From: Pelagomonas calceolata
Lineage: Eukaryota
NCBI GenBank assembly: GCA_918797485.1
Contig: CAKKNE010000003.1
Coordinates: forward strand, 744,001 to 808,000
Reading direction: 5' to 3'
Length of the DNA stretch: 64,000 bases
The notes under the pieces were generated by a model, which saw only the letters and a program-made list of their open reading frames with translations, was not told the DNA's origin and did not search any database. The position numbers and the translations under genes are program-made. Shown piece by piece: positions 1 to 10,319 of this stretch (positions within the stretch are counted from its first letter, which is position 1; the number at the start of each line of letters is the position of its first letter).

Positions 1-1974
1 GTCTACGCGATGCAAAAGTTCTTCCGGGCCTGCTGGATGCTTAAAAAAATAAGAAGGCAGCGCCTGGCGGCTTCTGTCATGCAGACCTTCCCGCGCATGG
101 TCCTGGGCATGAACAAGATGAAGGACCGGAAGCGGGCCGTCGTGGCGTTCGAGCGGCAGCGTTGCGGCAAGGAGGAGGAGTTCGCTCAACAGGAAGCCGA
201 CAAGGCTCTCGCGGAGATCGACGCTAAATTGAATAAGAAAGCGAAGGACGTGAGGAAGTTGCTGAAGGAGGCTTCGAAGGAGTTGGTTGCTCGGGCGAAG
301 AGTACGCAGATCCAGGCGGGCCCGTCGCCCTGGGATGATGAGGCCGCCCAAGAAGTGCCCGTGTTCACGGAACCTTTACCTCCCATCCACGTGCCTCCGA
401 ACCAGAAGCCGGGGTGGTGTTCGCGCCGCGTCGCGCCCGAGGAGCCGTCGTCGCCCCAGCCGGCCAACGCGGCGAAGATGGCCGCGCCGCCACCTGTCGC
501 GCCGTCGACGCCGCGCTGGCGGCCGAACCTCACACCCGAGGAGAAGGAGCTGCGGGCTATCAGTGCTGATCGCAAGCTCGCGACGAAGGTCGCGCGACGC
601 GCCAAACGTCAAATTCTGAAGCGCATGAGCAAGGAGGAACGAGCCGCATACGACGCGCATCTGCTCAAGCTCGGCAAGGTCGGCGAGTGGGCCCCGGAGC
701 ACCACGAGGAGCAGAAGAAGCAGAGGAAAAAGGAAGATCGATTAATCAGTAAGAGAGAACGGGCGCGCGATAAACGCCTGATACGGGAGTCGAAGCGCGC
801 TCGCGCATATGAACTGAAGCGGAGGAAGCGGGCCATTAACCGGGTCAAGAATGACATTAAGAGGACATCTAGGAATCAGAAGAATTGGCCGAAAGTCCAC
901 GCGGACGCGGCCTTCGCCGTAGCACTCTTCACGAGGAACGGGGGCTTGACCGAAGAACGCTTGCGTTTGGCCTGTGCTGGTTTGCAGAAGGTGAGGGGAC
1001 CGACGTCGAAGGTCAAGCCCTACGCGCACAACGAGCCGCCTCGTCCGCGGACCGTCCGAAGAGAAAAGCTATTAGGTACGGAGGAGGCGACCCATTGGCT
1101 CGCAGATGTCGCAGCAGAAGCTAGGCCCTACCACCCCCGGTTCCGCTTTGAAAACCGCACGCGCTTCTCTGGAATAGTAAATGCTGCTGCCAGATATAAG
1201 GTAAGAATGGATGCGCGAGATGCCAAGTACAAGGAGGCTTTAGCGGAGTTCCGGGAAGTAAACCCGCCGCGCCACGCCTGCGCCAAGTGCGGCATGCCCT
1301 TCGCGCTGCTCGACGACCTCAAGCAACACAACGTCGACGGGTGCCCCCACGTGGACGCGTTCTGGCAGGCCGAGAAGCATCGTTTGCCGGATCCCAACGA
1401 AGAGGAATATGTCACGGAGAGCTCGTCAGACGACGACGAGGAGTTCGAGGAACCGGCGGTCATCGAGGGGGCGACCGTCGAGGAGTCGGCGGACCGGCCT
1501 GCAACGACCGCGTCGGACCGGCCGGGGACGACGGCGTCGACGGCGTCGCGCCCGCGGACCAAGGCCGAGCGCCGCGCGGCGCGGGAACAGAAGGAACGGG
1601 ACCACCTCAACCGGCAGACGAGGAAAGAAAGAGACCTGAAGACGCGCGAGGGGCGGTCTCGCAAGTTGTCATTTGGAGAGGCCTCGCGGGCCACCGACCC
1701 CTCGCGGCGTGCGCGCATGACCAAGGCCGAGCGCCGCAAGCGCGACGACGAGGCGCGCGAGCTGTTCTTATCCAAGTGGAGCCTGCCCGACGGCTCGAAG
1801 ACCGTCTACAAAGAAGAGGAACTGGCCGAGGCACTCTGCCCATGGGTCGGCGAGCGGCCTTCGCTACTGCCCGTGGGGCACCGGCTCGCGGACGCGCGGG
1901 TCACGGACGCGTCGAGGGAGCCGCGGCCGGTGACGCAGCCCGTGCGGTCGGGCAACAAGTGGATGTGGGGCTAA
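1..1974 (+). CDS. 5'-truncated basic coiled-coil protein with an IQ-like motif and one C2H2/C2HC-type zinc finger
   Basis: Frame is open from base 1. MQKFFRAC is IQ-like; zinc-finger-like CAKCGMPFALLDDLKQHNVDGC; stop TAA at 1972-1974. Confidence 0.6.
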   Translation, partial: VYAMQKFFRACWMLKKIRRQRLAASVMQTFPRMVLGMNKMKDRKRAVVAFERQRCGKEEEFAQQEADKALAEIDAKLNKKAKDVRKLLKEASKELVARAKSTQIQAGPSPWDDEAAQEVPVFTEPLPPIHVPPNQKPGWCSRRVAPEEPSSPQPANAAKMAAPPPVAPSTPRWRPNLTPEEKELRAISADRKLATKVARRAKRQILKRMSKEERAAYDAHLLKLGKVGEWAPEHHEEQKKQRKKEDRLISKRERARDKRLIRESKRARAYELKRRKRAINRVKNDIKRTSRNQKNWPKVHADAAFAVALFTRNGGLTEERLRLACAGLQKVRGPTSKVKPYAHNEPPRPRTVRREKLLGTEEATHWLADVAAEARPYHPRFRFENRTRFSGIVNAAARYKVRMDARDAKYKEALAEFREVNPPRHACAKCGMPFALLDDLKQHNVDGCPHVDAFWQAEKHRLPDPNEEEYVTESSSDDDEEFEEPAVIEGATVEESADRPATTASDRPGTTASTASRPRTKAERRAAREQKERDHLNRQTRKERDLKTREGRSRKLSFGEASRATDPSRRARMTKAERRKRDDEARELFLSKWSLPDGSKTVYKEEELAEALCPWVGERPSLLPVGHRLADARVTDASREPRPVTQPVRSGNKWMWG

Positions 1975-2096
1975 GGTTTGTGTGGTGTGTATTACTAGTA
2001 CTACGGGGTAACATGCCAGGTAGCTACTAGTAGACCGTGACCGTGACGGCCTAGCTCTAAGCAAAGCAACATGTCGTTAAGCGGGGACGGGGACGA

Positions 2097-4202
2097 TCAG
2101 GACAGGACACACGCCGATGAGGCCTTCTCGGCGACGGCCTCGACCCTCGTGCGCGGCCCCCGCTTCTCTTCCTCCCACTGCAAGAGCCACACGACCTCGG
2201 CCTGGTAGGCGTCGGGGGACACGTAGTTCCACCGTTCCGTATCGAAGTCGCCGTCCGACAAGGGCACGTCGTCTCCGAGCGACGCGAAGTCGCCGATGCT
2301 CTCGGCGTCCTTCGCATTAATAGCCTTGCCCGGCGCGAAGGGCGGCTCCACGGCGTCGGCCAGGACCTCGTCCAGATCCAAGCCGCCGAAGAAGGCGTGG
2401 TCCAAAATGTCCTTCACACCGTTCGAACCTAATCGCTTCGACGGGTCCTTGTGCAACAGGGCCTTGCAGAAGGCCTTCGCCGCGGGACCGAGGCCCTCCT
2501 TCCAGACGTCCTGGGTCAAGTCCGGCGCCATCTCGAGCGCGGCCCGCGCCATGTTCGCCTGTGTGGAAATCGAATTGTGAGTCGGGTGCACGTGGAGGTT
2601 TGATTTCTACACCTATTCTCGCTCGTGCGTCCTCCTTCTTGGCCTGCTTGCGTAAGGCACGATCCTCCGTATCTTGCTTCTTCTTTTTCTTCTTCTTCTT
2701 GCGGCCGCCCCAGTGCGCCGCGTCGCGCGTCCGGAACGGACACACGCCCACGATGAACTCGACGACCATGCACCCCAGCGAGAAGTAGTCGACGCGGTGG
2801 TCGTAGACCTCCCGCCGCAGCATCTCGGGCGCCATGTAGCCCGGCGTGCCGCTCGCGCCCTTGAGCTCGGAGTGCACCTGCGTGGTTCGACGGCGTGGCG
2901 ATGCCGGTTCCTCACTGGTTGATTTCCGCACGAGACCGCACGCGGCACGCCAAGCCTAGATCCGACAATCTAACGCGCCCGTGCTCATCAACTAACATGT
3001 TCTCGGGCTTGACGTCGCGGTAGACAAAGTCCCGGTCGTGTAAGGCTTTCAAGCCTAGTAGGGTTCGTGCCGCGTAGTAGCGCGACGCCTCGAACCCAAA
3101 GCACTTGTGCTGCGACAGCCAGTACTTCAAATCGCCGCCCATCATGAGGTCGATGACCAATACTAATCGCGACGACTCCGCGTCGTGGAAGGCATATTTC
3201 AAACCCACGGCGAAGGGGCTGTCGACGACGGCGAGGGCCCGCCGCTCGTTCCAGCAGAGCTCGAACGCCCGCCGCTTCTTGATGCGCTTCATGCCTGTGC
3301 GTAAATCAACGAGTGAGTCGGGCGCACGACCGTGCTGACCGAATCGAGCCGGCGTCGCGTCCATGGCGTGGAGATCATGGTCGGGCCGTGGTGGCGACGG
3401 TCGCGACAATGTGATAGATGCACGGCTTCATGCAGATCTCCTTCATGGCGTACATCTTGCCCGTCGTCCGCGACTTGCAGCCGTAGACCATGCCGAAGCC
3501 GCCCTTGCCGAGCACGCGGAACTTGTCGAACTCTTCCGTCACGGGCGGGCGCTTCTGCCTTACATAAAAATCGAGCAGCTCGCGGCACTCGTCCGACCGC
3601 TTGAACGAGGGCAGGTACACACTCAGAGCCCGCACCGTCGCGCGGTCGACGGCGTCGAGCGCGTCCTGGTCGTCGCTCGACGGTTTCAACGCGTGGCATT
3701 TTGTGGAGGTGAAGGGCCACTGCGTGCCCTTTAACGAGGCCGAGGTGGTTTTCAGGCGTTTGGTCGACGTGGGCGAGTCCGGTTTCAATTCGTCCGGCAA
3801 GGGCGTCCTTTTCAGATGAGGGTGCGGGAAGGCGATGGAATCGATCGAAGGGCAAGAGCCGGTCAGGTAGACGTCCTCGATGCGCTTTCTTAATGAGACG
3901 CGCGTCGCCGTCGCGAGCGACGCGCGGTAGCGGGCGCACTCGAGCAACAGACTTCCAAGCGCGCGCGCCGAGTCGTCCCTGCCCCCGAGGAACCGCGTGA
4001 ACTCGTACAAGCCGAGCGGCCCGGCACAGATGGTCGCGACGCCGAAGGCGCCAGACGTTTCGAGGTGCGCGAGCTGCGCGCCGCGCTCCGCGTCGGTCAC
4101 CGCACTGAACTTGCGCTTCGGGTCCGGCGCCTCCGCGTCCTGGAGTCCGTTGTTGTACTTGACGTCGTCCAAAACGTTGGACAGCGCTCCTAGATTAGCC
4201 AT
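2097..4202 (-). CDS. GRK: G-protein-coupled receptor kinase (AGC kinase), 4 exons: 4202-3434, 3294-2942, 2877-2623, 2558-2097 (612 aa)
   Basis: GRK-type N-terminal helix ([16 protein letters not shown]); kinase motifs [25 protein letters not shown] (GRK-typical DLG) and [12 protein letters not shown] tail PPFAP; ends in CaaX CVLS. The exon joins keep frame. Confidence 0.9.
2559..2622 (-). mobile_element. Introner-type GC-AG intron (64 bp) in GRK
   Basis: Sense strand: GCGAGAAT + AGGTGTAGAAATC ... GATTTCCACACAG, then exon GCGAACAT (TSD 6/8). Splicing gives EDAR|ANMAR in frame. Confidence 0.8.
2878..2941 (-). mobile_element. Introner-type GT-AG intron (64 bp) in GRK
   Basis: Sense strand: GTGCGGTC + TCGTGCGGAAATCAA ... 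CCACGCAG, then exon GTGCACTC (TSD 6/8). Joins [18 protein letters not shown]. Confidence 0.85.
3295..3433 (-). mobile_element. Introner-type GC-AG intron (139 bp) in GRK
   Basis: Perfect 8-bp TSD GCATGAAG; 3' end TTGATTTACGCACAG; splicing restores KEICMKRIKK. Confidence 0.9.
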
Positions 4203-4469
4203 TTGCGCAAGAGGCTAATGGGGCTGCCCTTGGCGTCGCGCGCTGGCCGCCGCCGCCGCGTCTCCGGGCCGAGGCGGCTCGCGGCGCACCCCTGGCGCCG
4301 TCGGCTGCGTTGCTGTGGTGTCTAGGGCCCCAGACGGGCTGTACGCATCGAGCGGCGCCGCCAAGAAGGCACAGCCAAGGGCGTCGACACCTGGCAGGCC
4401 GACGAGGGGACGCCCTTCCCGCCGTCTAGACGCTCAGCACACTTCCCAGAGGCGCCTTGAGTTTAAACT

Positions 4470-6305
4470 TTACCAGATGTCCCGCCCGATGCGTTTCGCC
4501 GCGGGTGGCCGCCGCGCGCGAGGGCCGCCGCGCCTCCCGGCGCGAGCCGTCGCCGTCCCGGTCCGGTGCGCGGGGCCCTTCGGCGGCGGGGGAGAGTCCA
4601 GCGCGGCCGCGAGCTCCTCGTAGGCGCCCCAGGCGCCCTGGACGTTCGACAGCGCGTGGCGCTCGACCGACGCCGTTTCCAGGGGCGGCGGCGGCGGCGA
4701 CCGTGATGCCAGCGACGAGAGCGATTTGGGCGGCGGCGGCGGCGGCGGACTTCTGGGGGACGGGAGGACCATGGGGTTGAGCTCACCTCGATGGGGCGAC
4801 TCCTGCCGCATCTGCTCGACGAAGCCCTCGATCCTTTCCCTACCCTGGTCCAACTCGACCTCGAGCTTGTCGGCGAAGGCCTCCATCTGCTCGAGGCGCT
4901 CCCTCAAGGTCCCCCGCGGCGTGATCATCTTAAATGATTCCATTGGCGACGCGTCGTCGCCGCGTAGCTTCGGCGAGCGCGTCTCCGGGCCCTGTTGTGC
5001 TCGTCGGATCAAGTCGTGCTCCGCGGCCGACGCCGCGACGTCCGCCGCGGGTCGCACGCCCGTCACGTCCGACACGTGCAGGAACGCCATACCCACGTTC
5101 TCGTCGAAGATCAGCCCCTCGTCGCCCATGCCATCATCACTATCGTCGTCGACGTTCTCCAGGTCGGCGAGGGCCCGCAGCGCCTTGGCCGCGTGCTCCT
5201 GGCGCGCCAGCAGGTCGCGCGCGCGCCGCTTCGACGCGGGCAGCTTGTCGGCCGTCGGCACGATTACTTGACCGTAGGGCACGTTCTCCTCGTCCGCCTG
5301 GCAGCCGAAGCTCTGCGTCGAGACGCGCGCCTCCCGCGGCCGCGGGCTCGCCGCGCGCTTCGGGCTCGCCGGCCGCGGCGACCTTGTTGTGGGCGCCGGC
5401 GACCGCGTCGTCGGCGGGGCGCTCGGCTCGGCGGGCTCCGAATTCCCGGCCAGCGCGCCCGGCGGCAGGTCGAGGTTGAATTCCGCGCGCTTCATCTCGA
5501 ACTCCCACTCCTTGGCGCGGTAGCGCTCCTCGGCTTCTTCCACGTCCCGGATCAAATTCGAGGGCCCGTCGGTGGGCGTCCTTGCTTTCAACGCGTCCGC
5601 GTCGCCGAGCGCGATGGCCTCTTTTATGGATTTCTTCGTGTCCTCGACGAGCTTCTGCTGCTTCGTGACCGCCGGCGACTTGAGCGATGGAGGCGACGCG
5701 AAGCCGGGCGACTTCAGGGTTGATGTTTGGGGGCTCCGCCAGGGCGCTGGGGATGACGCGGTGTCCACCGATTTCATCGGCGCCGGGGATGTCGTCGAGT
5801 CCACGGAGCGCTTCACCTTCGTCGGGACGGGAGCGACGCTCTCCTCCTCGCTCGACGTCGCGGAAAAGCCCGTGGGCAGGCCGGACGACGGCGTCCGCGT
5901 CGGCAGCGCGACCGAGACGTGGAGGTTTTGCTGCGTCAAGGCGCCGACCTTGAGCACGTCCAGTTGCTGGGGCTTGTCTGATGAAGCGGCTCGCTTCGCC
6001 CGGCCGGCAAACGCCCTCAACGCGTCGTCCGCGGCGTCGGGCCGCGCGGTGCGGTAGCGCGGCCGCCGCTGCTGGTGCCGCCGGCGCGCGGCGGCCTCGG
6101 CGGCGCGCTTCGCGTAAGCACCCAAGCCGACGTAGGGAATCTCTTGAGACGCGCGCAGGAGCACCGGCTTCTCGGCCGGAGCTGCCTCCATGGGGCTGCC
6201 ATCGGTGGAGGGGCTGCCCATGTCGGAGTAGACGGACGGGCTGCCCGTCTCGAGGGAGCCTGCCGGGCTGAGGTCGTCGACCTCGACGAGCGTCGGGGCC
6301 TCCAT
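4470..6305 (-). CDS. Uncharacterised Ser/Pro-rich protein with coiled-coil segments (611 aa)
   Basis: Long ORF with a natural-looking composition; no domain recognised. Confidence 0.65.
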   Translation of the reverse strand: MEAPTLVEVDDLSPAGSLETGSPSVYSDMGSPSTDGSPMEAAPAEKPVLLRASQEIPYVGLGAYAKRAAEAAARRRHQQRRPRYRTARPDAADDALRAFAGRAKRAASSDKPQQLDVLKVGALTQQNLHVSVALPTRTPSSGLPTGFSATSSEEESVAPVPTKVKRSVDSTTSPAPMKSVDTASSPAPWRSPQTSTLKSPGFASPPSLKSPAVTKQQKLVEDTKKSIKEAIALGDADALKARTPTDGPSNLIRDVEEAEERYRAKEWEFEMKRAEFNLDLPPGALAGNSEPAEPSAPPTTRSPAPTTRSPRPASPKRAASPRPREARVSTQSFGCQADEENVPYGQVIVPTADKLPASKRRARDLLARQEHAAKALRALADLENVDDDSDDGMGDEGLIFDENVGMAFLHVSDVTGVRPAADVAASAAEHDLIRRAQQGPETRSPKLRGDDASPMESFKMITPRGTLRERLEQMEAFADKLEVELDQGRERIEGFVEQMRQESPHRGELNPMVLPSPRSPPPPPPPKSLSSLASRSPPPPPLETASVERHALSNVQGAWGAYEELAAALDSPPPPKGPAHRTGTATARAGRRGGPRARRPPAAKRIGRDIW

Positions 6306-6710
6306 GGCGGCGCCGCTTGCTTATTCCAGTCCAAATGCGAGCAAACCAACGAGCGCACCCGCACGGTCCTGGGGTTGCAGCACGAAGGCGTGTGAAATCC
6401 CACGAGGGCTCGCAGCCCTCACAGCGTCTCGCCGCGGAAGGCTGGCCAGCAACTTTTGCCAGCCCCTCACAAAAAAGCGCTGCAGGAGAGCATAGCAATG
6501 GGCTGCCGTGCTCGCGCCATCTGTGCCTGCTTACGCGGTGTGGAAGGTACGAACATCGGTGCTTGACGCTCGTGCTGGTGCGTTAGCTAACTAAGGCTGC
6601 CGCACGCATTCGTGAGGGCAGCAGCAGCGTGGGGCAGCAGCTCACGCCATCGCCGCGACGCGTGCATCGTCAAGGCAGCAGCAGCAGCGGGGCAGCAGCT
6701 GCGCGACGCG

Positions 6711-7889
6711 ATGGACAGCGCCCAGATCGCGCTCTCCCCGTCGGTGGCCGAGGCGATATCGCGCGGCGCCGTCGTCGAGCAGCTCCGCGGCCGCGACGCG
6801 TTTCGCGACGAGGACGACGCGTCGTCGGTGTGCACACCGGCGCCGGACGACGGCCCGCGCCTTCGTGCGGAGGCGGCCGCGGCGGCCTGGCAGGCGGTCG
6901 CCGCGGCTGCTGATCGCGTCGCGGCGGCGGCGACGGCGGACGCGGCGGCGCAACGGCTCCGCGCCGACGCGCTCGAGCGGCAAGTGGAAGAGGCGGTCTC
7001 CGAGCCGCCCGCGCCAGCCCCGGCGCCGGCGCCGCCGCGCGCCGAGGCGCCCGCGCCTCCGAGGCCGCTCGCGAGCCCGGCGAAGCTACCCCTCGCGCGC
7101 GAGGCGCCGGCGCCGGCGCGGCCGCGTCCGCCGTCGCCGCCGCCGCAGGCAACGACCGCCACGCAGACGCCCGCCGACGACCGCGCGCGACTCAAGCGGG
7201 CAATCGCCAGCCTCGAGCGAGATCTGGACGCGCGCGAAGCCGAAGCGAAGCGCCGCGAGCAGCTCCTCGTGAAAGCCAAGGGCGAGATCCACGCGCTCAC
7301 GTACGAGCTGCTCGGGATGCGGGCGCGCGCGGCCGACGCCACGGAGGCCCTGGAGCAGGCAAGGACCGCGGCGGCCGCCGCCGAGGCCTACGCGCGGCGG
7401 CGGATGGAGGAACGGCTGCCGAAGCCGGAGCCCGCGCCGCAACCTCAACCGGTTCCGGTACGACGACGGCCATCCTCGGCGAGCACGGCGATCTACAACC
7501 GCGACACGACCTGGGCGTACCTCAAGAAGGGCCGCGGCACGAGCGTCGTCGACGGCCGGCGGCGGTCTATTAACAGGAGCCACCGGGCGTCGGCGGCGCG
7601 CGAGACGCCGTACGGGGCCTACCACGTCGACACGGACAGCGTGCCCCCGAAGCTCCACGGCCTCGGGTTCCGAAGAAAGCCGGCGACGCGCCAGGCGCCG
7701 ATGGAGTACGTCCGTGGGCCGCGGTCGCCTGCGAGGCCGCGGCCCCGGCCGGCGTCGGCGCCGTCGCGGCGGCGGCCGCTCCCCTACGAGGACCCGGACT
7801 CGGATGACTCCCTGCGCGTGGACCCCGAGCACACGTCGCCGTGGGTGAAGAGCCTTTCCGTGAAGGTGCGGCTAAGCAGTCCGGACTAG
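6711..7889 (+). CDS. Uncharacterised Ala/Pro-rich coiled-coil protein
   Basis: Long ORF with first ATG at 6711; heptad-like region RLKRAIASLERDL. Confidence 0.6.
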   Translation: MDSAQIALSPSVAEAISRGAVVEQLRGRDAFRDEDDASSVCTPAPDDGPRLRAEAAAAAWQAVAAAADRVAAAATADAAAQRLRADALERQVEEAVSEPPAPAPAPAPPRAEAPAPPRPLASPAKLPLAREAPAPARPRPPSPPPQATTATQTPADDRARLKRAIASLERDLDAREAEAKRREQLLVKAKGEIHALTYELLGMRARAADATEALEQARTAAAAAEAYARRRMEERLPKPEPAPQPQPVPVRRRPSSASTAIYNRDTTWAYLKKGRGTSVVDGRRRSINRSHRASAARETPYGAYHVDTDSVPPKLHGLGFRRKPATRQAPMEYVRGPRSPARPRPRPASAPSRRRPLPYEDPDSDDSLRVDPEHTSPWVKSLSVKVRLSSPD

Positions 7890-7963
7890 TACATCTCTAC
7901 TGCGCCCCCGGAAACCTCTCTCCCCCTCGTGACGGCTCGCGCCGCGCCGCGCGAAACCGCAGC

Positions 7964-8019
7964 AAGGCCGCGCGATACAGCGACGGCACGAGACCGTGAC
8001 GACCGTGACAACTGACACG
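7964..8019 (+). repeat. 56-bp perfect direct repeat, copy 1 (contains GACCGTGAC twice)
   Basis: AAGGCCGCGCGATACAGCGACGGCACGAGACCGTGACGACCGTGACAACTGACACG is identical to 8726-8781. Confidence 0.95.
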
Positions 8020-8620
8020 ATGATAGGCGGCCTTGTAAAGAACGACCACGAATTCTACGCCCGGCGGCCTACGGCGTCGCCTCGGTCTACTGAGTCCACG
8101 ACGCGTGCTAATTTCAGGGGGACGCGGCCGTGGCCTCGGCGACCCGCCTGTTACTTGATTTCCAGTGGCCGCTACCATGGCTCGCTGGAAGCCGGCCGCT
8201 ACCGCGAGCGGGCGTTGTATCTGCGGCGTCGCCTGGACTGAGCTCGACGCGTCGCGGCCGGTGGGCGGTCGCAAATCGACTCGCGACGCCGCAGAGGTGA
8301 CGTGGGACCCGGCGGCCTACCGCCGCCCCCCTGAGATCAAAGCCCACCCTCGATGGGCGCGCTAGGCGTGTCGGCGGCATCAACGTGATCGTCCGCGGCC
8401 CTGGCGCGCGCCCAATCCAGGGGAGATCGGCGAGGGGCTCAACGGCGGCGGCTCACGCCGTGCGGGGTTTACCTGACGGGTTTCGTGCCCGGACGAGCTT
8501 CTCGGCATCCGGCGCCCTGCCGTCGAGACGTCGGCCCCGTAGTCCTCGACGGATTGGCGTTGACCTGAGGTTGCGTCGGGCGCCGCTCGACTCGACGCGT
8601 TCGTTCTCCTCTCCCAACCT
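8020..8620 (+). ncRNA. Candidate structured ncRNA A (family unknown)
   Basis: Begins where repeat copy 1 ends; no convincing ORF. Stems at 8160-8167/8183-8190, 8220-8232/8283-8295 (13 bp perfect) and 8520-8527/8545-8552, plus several 5-7 bp hairpins. The 3' end is approximate. Confidence 0.4.
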
Positions 8621-8725
8621 AACGCCGGCCCTTGAGCCGACACGAGGCGATCGCAACCGGCGGTCGCAGACCGCGCGGCCCTCGTCCGCGGCGTCGCCTA
8701 GGGCAAGTGCGACGCGCGCGGGCGG

Positions 8726-8781
8726 AAGGCCGCGCGATACAGCGACGGCACGAGACCGTGACGACCGTGACAACTGACACG
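8726..8781 (+). repeat. 56-bp perfect direct repeat, copy 2
   Basis: Identical to 7964-8019. Confidence 0.95.
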
Positions 8782-9080
8782 GCGCGTCCCCTGAGGCGCG
8801 GTGCCGGGCGGCCTGTACCAAACACGGTCTCCTTCGGCGGGGGCCTTGCGGAGGGCAACGGGTCGGCCTTCAACTGGTTGAGTCGAGCACGGCGGGCCCC
8901 AAGCGACTTCCCATCCCCTGTCGCTCCCCCCCCGTCGTGCGAGCTCGTCGCCACCCGCGGAAGAGAAACTCGCGAAAGGAGTGCCGGAGCCGGGCTTGCC
9001 CTTGCAAGTCTGGAACTGGACTCGAGGAGTACCCCCCCCGGGCTAGGTTCCTGCGGTTGCGTAGGTCGTTAGGTAGGTAG
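8782..9080 (+). ncRNA. Candidate structured ncRNA B (family unknown)
   Basis: Begins where repeat copy 2 ends. Stems at 8887-8896/8931-8940 and 8990-8999/9004-9013 contain G-U pairs on the + strand; C(UUCG)G and C(GAAA)G tetraloop-like motifs are present. The 3' end is approximate. Confidence 0.4.
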
Positions 9081-9265
9081 CAAGCTCTCCCTGCCGCTTG
9101 TTGTGCGTCTCCTGCACCGGCACAAAACACCGTACACTTGAGCTAACTCGACAGCGGCAGCCTGATCCGGACCAATTGAGAGCACTGCTTCCATCGGCGC
9201 GCTGCCCCGGCCCAGCTCTAGCAACCCTCAGGGACAGACAACCTCCACACCGCCGCGACGCAACC

Positions 9266-10297
9266 ATGCTCTACGGCCTCGACGATTTAGTCACGGAAAT
9301 AGCCTACGCGTGCTCCCTGCGCAAGTCCGAGGCGAAGCGCTTCTACCACGCGCTCGTCCAGCAGCTCGAGCACCTCATGCGGCAAGGGAAAGGCGCCCGC
9401 TGCCCCGGTTTGGGGAGGTGGTCCTTCTTGGCGAACTCGCAGCGTCAGAAGGGTAGCGCCGTCGGCATGGACATCGACGAGGACTTACGGGCCGCGTGGT
9501 TCATCGGCTTCGCTTTCGAGGCGGACCCGACGTTTCTGCGCGCGCACAGCCTGGCCGCGGCGCCGGCGCCGCACGAGCTCGTGGCGCCGGCGGCCCGCGT
9601 GAACTACTCGGCCCTCGCCCGCAGCTGTGGCCTGGACCGGGACCAGGTCGCGCGAGTTACACACGTTTTCTGCGAACGGTTGGGCGTCGCGTGCTCGAAG
9701 CACCAGGTGCGCTTGGAGCTGGGGAACCTGGGGCGCTTCTGCGCGGACCACCGCATCTGTCGCTTCGACTTTGGGGCGCGCGCGCCTCGTCCCCTTGGCC
9801 TGTCGACGACGTACGACGCCGCGTTCACGCGGGCGGGCCGCGACCCGCCGCCGTCGAGCCGACCGATGACGTCGCCCATCCAGGTGGCGTCCTCGACGAC
9901 GACACCCCGGAACCACCGCTCCGCGCGGCGGTCGCGACCGACCTATGACGTCTCCGCGGGCCACACGCCGCGACCGGTCGGTGGCTTCGACCGCGAGTTC
10001 AGCTCGGGCCCGTCGACGGCACTTGATGATTTAGCCCAGGGCCGCCGCGCGGGCCTCGAAGTGACGCGCCGCGCCATGGAGCTCGTCCGGGAGCGGGGCG
10101 ACCGCATCAACGGTCTGGGCGACGCCCTCCAGAAGCACACTGTCAAAATGTGCGCGACGCAGTACCCCCCGCGCGGGCCGCACGCGTGGTGCGGCCCGCG
10201 CGCCGCGCCGATGGGCGGGCGGGCGTTCCCGCCCCTCGGCTACGCGCACTACACGCATATTACGGGGATTCGCCCGCTTGATACGTGGGCGGCGTGA
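9266..10297 (+). CDS. CCDC81-like protein with two HU-like domains
   Basis: Two HU-like units (LMRQGKGARCPGLGRWSF and VNYSALARSCGL...VRLELGNLGRF); likely ATG at 9266. Confidence 0.65.
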   Translation: MLYGLDDLVTEIAYACSLRKSEAKRFYHALVQQLEHLMRQGKGARCPGLGRWSFLANSQRQKGSAVGMDIDEDLRAAWFIGFAFEADPTFLRAHSLAAAPAPHELVAPAARVNYSALARSCGLDRDQVARVTHVFCERLGVACSKHQVRLELGNLGRFCADHRICRFDFGARAPRPLGLSTTYDAAFTRAGRDPPPSSRPMTSPIQVASSTTTPRNHRSARRSRPTYDVSAGHTPRPVGGFDREFSSGPSTALDDLAQGRRAGLEVTRRAMELVRERGDRINGLGDALQKHTVKMCATQYPPRGPHAWCGPRAAPMGGRAFPPLGYAHYTHITGIRPLDTWAA

Positions 10298-10319
10298 GTG
10301 GTGGCTAGACTAATCCATA

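Noticed and set aside
2031..2048. GACCGTGACCGTGAC resembling the core of the 56-bp repeat
   Set aside because: Only a short match in a convergent 3' spacer; insufficient to link the two.
7996..8241. Short ORF starting just after repeat copy 1
   Set aside because: No recognisable protein features; the region is better explained by RNA stems, though a decayed gene is not excluded.
8465..8510. TTACCTG and GCTTCTCGGC resembling the 5' ends of U1 and U2
   Set aside because: The downstream U1 loop motifs, U2 branch-pairing sequence and Sm sites are absent.
8105..8550. Group I intron-like P (AATTTCAGGGG) and R (GCTCAACGGC) words
   Set aside because: There is no convincing S element or P7 pairing and no host exon context.
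8610..8625. CCCAACCTAAC as a telomerase RNA template
   Set aside because: It does not match a TTAGGG permutation, and the organism's telomere repeat cannot be seen in this window.
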